A DNA stretch of 64,000 nt from Candidatus Hydrogenedentota bacterium. Lineage in GTDB: Bacteria; UBA8481; J006. This document shows positions 34,288 through 41,794 of this stretch, piece after piece. The notes below the pieces were generated by a model. That model saw only the letters and a list, made by a program, of their open reading frames with translations, was not told where the DNA came from and searched no databases. The stretch is taken from assembly GCA_003697085.1 (NCBI GenBank), contig RFFU01000074.1, positions 17,562 through 81,561 of the forward strand, given 5' to 3'. Every line of letters begins with the position of its first letter. Positions within the stretch are counted from its first letter, which is position 1. The translations under genes were made by a program, and so were the position numbers.

Positions 34288-35276
34288 CGTGGCTGGCTCC
34301 CCAATACTTCTGGCTCCTTCTGCTTCTGCCGTTTCCTTTTCTTGTGCAAAGGAAGCGCCGGGAGGCGGCGGTGCTCTTCTCTTCGTTCCGTTTGCTTCCC
34401 CCATCGATTCGACGGAGGCGCCGGCGGCTCCGTCACATTCTTCCGCCGGTCCTGCGTTTCTTCGTTCTTCTTCTCGGGATCGTGGCGCTGGCGCGGCCGG
34501 TCAAGATCAAGCGGAACGTTACGGAGACGGTCGAGGGGATCGACATCGTGCTCGTGATGGATGTTTCGAGTTCGATGAGCGCGCGGGACCTGGGGCGCCG
34601 GACACGCCTGGAAACCGCCAAAGAGGTCATCAAGGAGTTCATCGGGAAACGTCCGAACGACCGGATCGGTCTAGTCGTCTTTTCCGGGCGCGCGTTCACG
34701 CAGGCTCCGCTCACGCTCGACCACGATCTTGTCGCCACGCTCGTCGATTCTCTCAAGATTGGAATGATCGAAGACGGGACGGCGATCGGGACGGCGCTGG
34801 GAACAGCCGTCAGCCGCTTGCGGACCTCGAAGGCCCGCTCGAAGGTCGTGATCCTCTTGACCGACGGCGATAATAACGCCGGTGTTCTCGATCCGCTTAC
34901 CGCGGCGGAACTGGCCCGGCAGTTCTCGGTTAAGGTTTATACCATCGGCCTCGGGTCCGAATCCGGATACCGCTTCACGCAACGCGATCCAGCCACGGGA
35001 CGCCTTTTTACCGGTCTCTACCGCTTCAATCCTCGACTCCTCCGCCGGATTGCGCAAATCACGACGGGAAGTGAAGCCGCCTATTTCAACGCCACCAGTG
35101 AAGAGGAATTGCGACAGATCTACGACACAATCGATGCACTCGAGAAAACGGCGATCGAGGTCAAGCGTTTCGAGAAGCGGGACGAATACTTCGCTCCGTT
35201 TCTCTTCGCGGCCGTCCTGCTGCTCACTCTCGAGATCGTTCTCACCGCCACGGTGTTCCGGAGGGTGCCGTTATGA
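34284..35276 (+). CDS. batA: BatA-like von Willebrand factor A domain membrane protein
   Basis: Two N-terminal TM helices, then vWA with MIDAS DIVLVMDVSSSMSARD...DGTAIGTAL...VVILLTDGDNN, and a C-terminal TM. Confidence 0.85.
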   Translation: MTWLAPQYFWLLLLLPFPFLVQRKRREAAVLFSSFRLLPPSIRRRRRRLRHILPPVLRFFVLLLGIVALARPVKIKRNVTETVEGIDIVLVMDVSSSMSARDLGRRTRLETAKEVIKEFIGKRPNDRIGLVVFSGRAFTQAPLTLDHDLVATLVDSLKIGMIEDGTAIGTALGTAVSRLRTSKARSKVVILLTDGDNNAGVLDPLTAAELARQFSVKVYTIGLGSESGYRFTQRDPATGRLFTGLYRFNPRLLRRIAQITTGSEAAYFNATSEEELRQIYDTIDALEKTAIEVKRFEKRDEYFAPFLFAAVLLLTLEIVLTATVFRRVPL

Positions 35277-36262
35277 CGCTGGCCCAACCGCACGTCTTGA
35301 TTCTGCTGGCGGTTTTGCCGGTCCTGGTTCTGCTTTATCTTGCCGCGGATCGGGCGTTTCAGGCGCGATTGCACCGCTTTCTCTCCCGCCGCCTCTCTTC
35401 GCGGATGACGCGGTGTTTCTCGCTGGGGCGGCTCCGGTTCAAGCGCATCCTTCTCTTGGCTGCGTTGGCATTGTTGATCCTCGCGGCCGCCCGCCCGCAA
35501 GCCGGTGAGGCGATCCGTATGGTCCGCAAACGCGGAATGAACATCGTCTTCGTGCTCGACACCTCGCGCAGTATGGCGACACCGGATGTCGCGCCGAATC
35601 GATACGCTCGGGCGATGCATGACATCGAAAAGATACTCGAACACCTTGGCACCGATCGTGTCGGGCTGGTGACGTTTGCCGGCGAGGCCTTCCCGCAGTG
35701 TCCACTGACAACCGACTACGCCGCCTTTCGAATCCTGGCGCGCGCGGCACACCTCGGCTCGATCCCGCTGCCGGGAACCAATATCGAGAAGGCCGTCGCG
35801 AAGGCGCTGGAAACACTGGAGGCCGGGTCGAAGGGCAAGGGCAAGGGAGCCGTCGTGCTCTTCACCGACGGCGAGAACCACCAGGGCGATCTCGATGCCG
35901 CGATCGCGGCGGCGAAAAAGAAGAGCATCCCGGTCTTTACGATCGGATTCGGTTCGCCCGCCGGCTCCCCCGTTCCCGATCCTCGCGGGGGCTTCAAAAA
36001 AGACCGCGAAGGGAATATTGTCGTCAGTCGGCTCGATGCCGAGACCCTGCGCCGTCTGGCTTCGGGAACCCGCGGTCGCTTCTTCCTCGCCGACGCTCGC
36101 GGCACCGAGGTCGATGCGGTTCTGCGGGCGCTGGAGGGATTCGAGCGGGAAGAGGTGCTCAGCCGCGAGGTGAGTTCCCGCGCGGAACGGTATCAGTGGC
36201 CGTTGGCCGGAGCCTTGATCCTTTTGGCCTGTGAATTCTGTCTGGGAGTGAGACGCCGATGA
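35273..36262 (+). CDS. batB: BatB-like vWA domain membrane protein
   Basis: N-terminal TMs; MIDAS NIVFVLDTSRSMATPD...GTNIEKAV...VVLFTDGENHQGD; C-terminal TM. Confidence 0.85.
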   Translation: MTLAQPHVLILLAVLPVLVLLYLAADRAFQARLHRFLSRRLSSRMTRCFSLGRLRFKRILLLAALALLILAAARPQAGEAIRMVRKRGMNIVFVLDTSRSMATPDVAPNRYARAMHDIEKILEHLGTDRVGLVTFAGEAFPQCPLTTDYAAFRILARAAHLGSIPLPGTNIEKAVAKALETLEAGSKGKGKGAVVLFTDGENHQGDLDAAIAAAKKKSIPVFTIGFGSPAGSPVPDPRGGFKKDREGNIVVSRLDAETLRRLASGTRGRFFLADARGTEVDAVLRALEGFEREEVLSREVSSRAERYQWPLAGALILLACEFCLGVRRR

Positions 36263-36999
36263 GAGAGTCTTTCTCGAAAAGGACGCGATTGGGTAGGATA
36301 CGCCTTTACCTGCCGACACCGGCCTCGCTCGCCGGAATGGTCGCTTCGCTTCTTCTTCTCTTCTCCTTCTCCGCCGCGGCGGCCGCCGCTGATCCCTTCG
36401 CCGAAGGGTACCGATTTCAAAAGGAACACCGTTACGAGGAGGCCCTCCGCCGCTACGCGGCCGTCCCCGCGGACGCACCGGAGCACGGGGCGGCGCTCTT
36501 CAACAGCGGCGTGGCGGCTTACACCGCGGGGTGGTACGACACCGCAGCACGCTTCTTCACCGCCTGCCGGAACCTCGTCGATACCTTCTCCGTTTCCTAC
36601 AACCTCGGGAACTCCCTCTACCGGGAGGGAAAATTCAAGGAGGCGGTCGAGGCGTACAAGCAAGCCCTGCGCACGCGTCCGGGCGAGGAGCGGGCGGCTC
36701 ACAACCTCGCGCTCGCTTTGGAACACCTCCGGGGAAAGTCCGGCGCGGATACCGGTGCGCGGAACGATACCGGAGCGGGAAACTCCAAGCAGCCGTCTCC
36801 GCGGGCCGATTCCTCGGCGCGCCGGAATCCGTCGCCGCGGGCGGCGCAGAATCCGCCGGCGTCACCGAAGCAGCAGGGGCTCGACCGTGACCAGGCGCAA
36901 CAGATCCTCGATGCGCTCGACGACGCGGACAAAAAGACACGCGAGAAACTCGCCCCCATCGCGGTTCCTCGTGCTCCATACGTGGAGAAGGACTGGTGA
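36259..36999 (+). CDS. batC: BatC-like TPR-repeat protein
   Basis: Signal/TM, then 3-4 TPR motifs (YEEALRRYAAV...ALFNSGVAAY...YNLGNSLYREGKFKEAVEAYKQAL...AHNLALAL), and an Arg/Pro-rich C-terminus. Confidence 0.75.
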   Translation: MRESFSKRTRLGRIRLYLPTPASLAGMVASLLLLFSFSAAAAAADPFAEGYRFQKEHRYEEALRRYAAVPADAPEHGAALFNSGVAAYTAGWYDTAARFFTACRNLVDTFSVSYNLGNSLYREGKFKEAVEAYKQALRTRPGEERAAHNLALALEHLRGKSGADTGARNDTGAGNSKQPSPRADSSARRNPSPRAAQNPPASPKQQGLDRDQAQQILDALDDADKKTREKLAPIAVPRAPYVEKDW

Positions 37000-38927
37000 G
37001 GCGCGGCGCCGAGAGTCGCGGGCCTCTACCCCTTATTGCAATGGCGACCGCTGTCGTGCTGATAATGGGCTTGCTCCCCGGTGCGCTGCGCGCCGACGCC
37101 GGAGTTCGCCTCACGGCCAACGTCTCAAGCACTCACGTCCGTGTCGGCGAGCCCTTTCGCTACACCGTCACCGTCTTTTCCTCCTCCGGAAGTGTACCGC
37201 AACCGCAACTCGGTGCTCTGACCGGCGTCGACGTCGTCGGTCGCTCGACCTCCCAGTCCTTCTCCTTCGTCAACGGATCCCTCTCGGCCTCCTCCTCGAC
37301 ACATTACACACTCGTGGCCCGCAGACCTGGAACGCTGACGATTCCGCCCGCAACCATCACCGTAGGCGGAACACTCATCCAATCGAATCCCGTGACCGTC
37401 ACGGTCGATACGGCCGCGCCGACGCCGCCGTCACCGTCCGGATCGGGGGCGGCGCAGGCTCCTCCCGCTTCTGGTGCGAATCCGCCGGCTCACCGATCTT
37501 CGGCCTCCCGCCCCGATATCTGGCTCGAACTCGAGCCCGAAAAACGCACGGTCTTCGTCGGCGAGGCGCTTCCGGTCAATATCCGGCTCTATTCCAACAC
37601 GGCGCTTGCGGGGTATGGATTGGAGCCGATGACACCGAGCGGTTTCTGGATCGAGGAAGCAGAGTTGCCGAAGAAGCCGGAGGTCGAGCAGAAGACGGTC
37701 CGGGGACAGCGCGTCTATTCCGTTCTCGTCCGCCGGCTCATCCTCTTCCCCACCAAGCCGGGGAGACTGACCATCCCCTCGCAGAAGGGAACGATCCAAT
37801 ACTACGTGCGGAAGCGGCAGAGGGATCCGTTCGAGGAGTTCTTCCGGCATCCGTTCTTCAACGATCCCTTCTTCCGCGATCCCTTCTTCGACCGGAGCGT
37901 GCTCGTCGTGGAGGAAACCGAGGCACGATCGAAGCCGCTGGCGATCACGGTGAAGTCTCTGCCGCGATCGAGGTTCCGCCGCAACCACGTTCCCGTCGGA
38001 CGGTTTACCATCGCGGCGCGGCTGAAGAAACGAACCCTCGCCGTGAACGAAGGAACGACTTTGACGGTCACGATTCAGGGGCGGGGAACACTTCAAGGTT
38101 CGAATATCGATACGCCTCCGGAGGTGCCGGGCTGTAACGTCTTTCCGTCACAGACCCGGCGCTCCTTCGAGGCCGATCGGAACTCCTATCGCGGAACACT
38201 GGTTGCCGAATACGCCGTCGTGGGACTGGCCGAAGGCCGGTACACCGTTCCCCCGATTCCTTTCACCTTCTTCGATCCGGAACGGAAACGATATGTCACG
38301 ATCTCTTCGGAGAGCCTCCCTTTTGTCGTCGAAGGAACGGCCTCGGCGGCGCCGATACCCGGCGTGACCGCGCAAGGACCAGCGACTCCCGTCAACCGCA
38401 TCACGGGGGAACAGAAGGATCTGATCGATATCCATACGGAATACCGACCGCGCCGGCGACGGCGGCCCCTGAGCTCGACGCAGAAAATCCTGCTGAATCT
38501 TCTGCCGTGGACTCTGGTTCTTCTGAGTGCACTCGACCGGCGGCGGCGGATCCTTTTGCGCGACCCCGCCTACGCCGCTCGTGTCCGCGCGCCGGCCCGC
38601 GTTCGAGCGGCACTCAGTGATGCGGTGAAAGCACTATCGAGCCCGGAGGTGTCCGAATTTTATCGCCTTCTCTACCTTGCTATCGCCGAGGAGATCGCCG
38701 CGAAGTTCAGTGTTCCCGCCCCGTCGGTTCAGCCGGAGCGCGTCTCGGCGATCCTCCAGGGGGCGGTTCCGGAGGAAAAAATCCGTACCATCCGCGATTT
38801 CCTCGAGATCTGCCATCGACGGCGGTACTCCCCGGAAACGCCGGAGCGTGCGGAGAAGAAACGCGACTTGGAGACGGCTCGGAACCTCGTCAAGACGCTG
38901 GGGCGGATCAAGGTGAGGAACCGATGA
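36996..38927 (+). CDS. batD: BatD-like (oxygen-tolerance) membrane protein
   Basis: 643 aa. Signal peptide, repeated beta-sandwich-like segments, C-terminal TM (LNLLPWTLVLLSAL). Position and size match BatD of Bat operons. Confidence 0.7.
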   Translation: MRRGAESRGPLPLIAMATAVVLIMGLLPGALRADAGVRLTANVSSTHVRVGEPFRYTVTVFSSSGSVPQPQLGALTGVDVVGRSTSQSFSFVNGSLSASSSTHYTLVARRPGTLTIPPATITVGGTLIQSNPVTVTVDTAAPTPPSPSGSGAAQAPPASGANPPAHRSSASRPDIWLELEPEKRTVFVGEALPVNIRLYSNTALAGYGLEPMTPSGFWIEEAELPKKPEVEQKTVRGQRVYSVLVRRLILFPTKPGRLTIPSQKGTIQYYVRKRQRDPFEEFFRHPFFNDPFFRDPFFDRSVLVVEETEARSKPLAITVKSLPRSRFRRNHVPVGRFTIAARLKKRTLAVNEGTTLTVTIQGRGTLQGSNIDTPPEVPGCNVFPSQTRRSFEADRNSYRGTLVAEYAVVGLAEGRYTVPPIPFTFFDPERKRYVTISSESLPFVVEGTASAAPIPGVTAQGPATPVNRITGEQKDLIDIHTEYRPRRRRRPLSSTQKILLNLLPWTLVLLSALDRRRRILLRDPAYAARVRAPARVRAALSDAVKALSSPEVSEFYRLLYLAIAEEIAAKFSVPAPSVQPERVSAILQGAVPEEKIRTIRDFLEICHRRRYSPETPERAEKKRDLETARNLVKTLGRIKVRNR

Positions 38928-39835
38928 AGCGATTCGTCGTTGGACTCCTTCTGGCCCTGTTGGCGGGAGGGATCGTCTTGACGAGCACGGCGGCGGAAGA
39001 CACGACGTCTGTATCTCGACAAGGGCCGGCGAAAGAGGCGGCGGTCGGTCCGGAAGTTCTCTTCCGGAAGGCGAATGCCTTGTACAAAGAAGGCGATTAT
39101 GCCGGCGCCGCCGAACTCTACCGGCGCGTGGTGGAGGCCGATCCCGGCAACCCGGTCGCTCTCTTCAATCTCGGCAATACCGCCTACCGCCTCGGACATC
39201 TCGGCCGCGCCGTCGTCGCGTATCGAAAAGCCCTTCTGGTCGATCCCGATTTCACGGATGCAAGAAAGAATCTCGCCTTTGTCCGGAAACGGAGAACCGA
39301 CAAGATCGAAATTCCCACGCCTTCACTGATCGCAAAACTCCTCGCTCGCGCCCAGACAAACGCAGGAACGGGTCTTTTGATCACGAACGGACTCTTCGCC
39401 TTAGTGCTGGCGCTTCTCTTCCGCTTCTCTCCCTTGCCCGGTGATGCCGAACCGGAATCGGGAGCGGTCGAGGGCGAGGAATCCGAGGAGAGCGGCGAAG
39501 GGAGGCGAAGTCGGCGCGGTCGAGCACTGCGATTCGCGGCGATCTTTTTGGGCGTGCTGTTTCTGGGGAATCTCCTTCTTGTCGTTGCAAGCGGAACGCG
39601 GAAGGAGCGCGCGGAGGCGGTGGTGGTCGCAAAAGAAGTGCCGGTCTATGCGGAGCCGAAAGAGACGGCGCCGGTATTGACGGTCCATGACGGGCTGGAA
39701 GTCGTGATCCGGCGTTCGAGCGGCAGTTATGTCGAGATCGGGATCGCGGACGCGCCGCTGGGCTGGGTCCGGAGCGCCGTTCTCTATGTCCTTCCGAAGA
39801 GGGAGCGGAACTTTGATCAGCGTGCCGCAGGTTGA
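38924..39835 (+). CDS. batE: BatE-like TPR plus SH3b-domain protein
   Basis: Signal peptide. TPR motifs (ANALYKEGDYAGAAELYRRVVEADPGNPVALFNLGNTAYRLGHLGRAVVAYRKALLVDPDF). TM. C-terminal SH3b-like region (VVVAKEVPVYAEPKETAPVLTVHDGLEVVIRRSSGSYVEIGIADAPLGWVRSAVL). Confidence 0.75.
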   Translation: MKRFVVGLLLALLAGGIVLTSTAAEDTTSVSRQGPAKEAAVGPEVLFRKANALYKEGDYAGAAELYRRVVEADPGNPVALFNLGNTAYRLGHLGRAVVAYRKALLVDPDFTDARKNLAFVRKRRTDKIEIPTPSLIAKLLARAQTNAGTGLLITNGLFALVLALLFRFSPLPGDAEPESGAVEGEESEESGEGRRSRRGRALRFAAIFLGVLFLGNLLLVVASGTRKERAEAVVVAKEVPVYAEPKETAPVLTVHDGLEVVIRRSSGSYVEIGIADAPLGWVRSAVLYVLPKRERNFDQRAAG

Positions 39836-39839
39836 GGGC

Positions 39840-40420
39840 CAGGCCTGTCTGCTCTGAGTGCCCGCCAATAGCGCAATTCCTGGGAGCGCAGGCATCATGC
39901 CTGCAAGAATGGGGCGCGGGTTCTCCAACCTGCGGGGCTGATCGCCGTCTGCGTTGTCATTCCGAGCGCCAGCGAGGAATCCCCTTCGCGCGGTATCCCG
40001 AGGGAAGGGCAAGGGCAAAGGCAAGGGCAAGAAAAAGGGAATGGGGAAGGGGAACGAAAAAGGAGACAGGAAGCGCTTCCTGGGAACGCACGCCTGCCTG
40101 CAGGAAGTCCCGCAAGGAGCGCCATTCCCGGTAGCGCAGGCATCTTGCCTGTAAGAATGGGGCGCAGGGTCTCCAAGCTGCGGGGCGCATCGATACCACC
40201 GTTGTCATTACTGAGCCCCTCGCATTCGCTCGGGACAGGCTCCGCGAGGAATTCCCCCAGGTGGTTCCCGTCGCGGGGGCCGATGGGCGCTCGTGGGGGA
40301 TTCCTCGTCGGCCTCCGGCTGCCTCGGAATGACACCACGGGTGGGCGGACCGGCCGAACGCTCCTCACCCCTACCTGTTCTGCACCTCACGTCCTCCTTT
40401 GTCGGCCCGCTCCCGGTGGC
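39840..40420. repeat. Large composite repeat element (module A, B, C, A, A, B)
   Basis: 39868-39935 module A (gggagcgcaggcatcatgcctgcaagaatggggcgcgggttctccaacctgcgg). 39950-39995 module B (tgtcattccgagcgccagcgaggaatcccc). 39995-40060 module C (gggaagggcaagggcaaaggcaagggcaagaaaaagggaatggggaagggg). 40080-40185 two more module A copies. 40288-40335 module B (gtgggggattcctcgtcggcctccggctgcctcggaatgaca). Confidence 0.75.
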
Positions 40421-40865
40421 TCACCTGATCCGACCTAAGATGTGAACTTAATCACCTTGCCCCATGAGTTCCCGAGGCCGGATAATTTAATTGAATTTCG
40501 GAGGAAGTGGTTTTCGGGATTCCGATGGATTCCGCGCAGTTTTCTATATAACTCGTTCCACTCCGCTCATGCGGGGCCCGACCCTCGGGCCCCGCGCTTT
40601 TCTCTGGTTCTCTGCACTTTCCCCTCTCTCTTCTTCGTGCTTCGATCGGGAAGGAAGCATGGGAGACATCAGAACGCAAGACATCAGAACGCAGAAACCG
40701 TGGCGCGAGTGGAAACACCGCCCCGGGAGCGCAGGCATTCTGCCTGTATCCCCGACACGCCGCTGGGCCGAGGGAATCCCGAGTCGAGGGATCGGATAGA
40801 ATCTGCCAAGCCGTTGCGTTCCCTTGGGGGAAAAGCCTTGAGGAAGTATTAAAAGCAGACCATTC

Positions 40866-41255
40866 TCAGGGTTCGAGCAGTTGTAGTTCCCGGAAGTACT
40901 TCCGGAAGAACCCGCGATCACGCGTGCAGAGCCGGTCGGCATGGTGGAGGGCGTGGGCTCCAATCATGAAGTCCGAAAGAATTCGCGTTCTCTTTCCCCC
41001 GGAGCGAAGGTGACGCGTCCAAAGCGCACCAGCCCTGGCGAGCGCGTCCGGTGACGAAGCGACGAAGGTCACACCCAGGCGCGCGAGAATCTCGTCGACC
41101 TCTTGTCGGGATCTCACCGCGCATAACTCCGAGTAGACAACCTCCCCGAGGACCAGGCCGCCCTCCGCGTGGGCTCGCCGAACCGCCTCTCTCGATGCGA
41201 CGTTCGAGGCCGTCACGATGTCGATGAGGATGTTTGTGTCGAGGGCAGTGATCAA
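40866..41255 (-). CDS. vapC: PIN-domain ribonuclease toxin VapC
   Basis: (M)ITALDTNILIDIV... places the first conserved Asp of the PIN fold at residue 5. ...LSDFMIGAHAL (conserved D). The TTG start at 41255 overlaps the antitoxin stop (TTGA). The track ORF extends to the ATG at 41321, inside the antitoxin gene. Confidence 0.7.
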   Translation of the reverse strand: MITALDTNILIDIVTASNVASREAVRRAHAEGGLVLGEVVYSELCAVRSRQEVDEILARLGVTFVASSPDALARAGALWTRHLRSGGKRTRILSDFMIGAHALHHADRLCTRDRGFFRKYFRELQLLEP

Positions 41256-41491
41256 CGTCCGCGGATCGCCTCGATGAACTCGTCCGTAGACATCTTCCCC
41301 GGTAGCCCCTTTTCCGCCCACGCTCCCCAGACGTGATCAACAGGATCCAGGTCGCCTTTTACCAACACCAGACGCCCCTTCTCCTCGCGAAACGTGATGC
41401 TCGTGCCGGGCCGGAGACCGAAGCGATCCCTGAGCGGCTTCGGGATTACTACCTGCCCCTTGGTGTTGACCTGATATGTCTTACTCATCAA
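41252..41491 (-). CDS. vapB: AbrB/MazE/SpoVT-family antitoxin (VapB-like)
   Basis: KGQVVIPKPLRDRFGLRPGTSITF is the swapped-hairpin beta-barrel DNA-binding motif. 79 aa, immediately upstream of and overlapping vapC. Confidence 0.7.
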   Translation of the reverse strand: MMSKTYQVNTKGQVVIPKPLRDRFGLRPGTSITFREEKGRLVLVKGDLDPVDHVWGAWAEKGLPGKMSTDEFIEAIRGR

Positions 41492-41794
41492 GTAATATCA
41501 TACTACATAAAAAGTAATCACGTCAATAGGGGAAGCAGATCACAAATCTCCTCTGCGGATTCGAAAATCCGTGCTCCGCTGAGGATAAGATGCCTGCCTG
41601 CCGGCGGACAGGCCTGCGCTCCCGGGAAGGCATGTCTACCGATGATTTAAAAATTTTCCGTTTGATGCGCCGTTGGCTTTCGTGTATCAATTTTTGGATT
41701 TTCCCTGGCATCGATGTGGATTTTTCGTGGTGAGGCATGGCTCACTGATGACCGTGGGGAAGGAACAAAACCGATTCAGCAGGAGAGGAATTCG

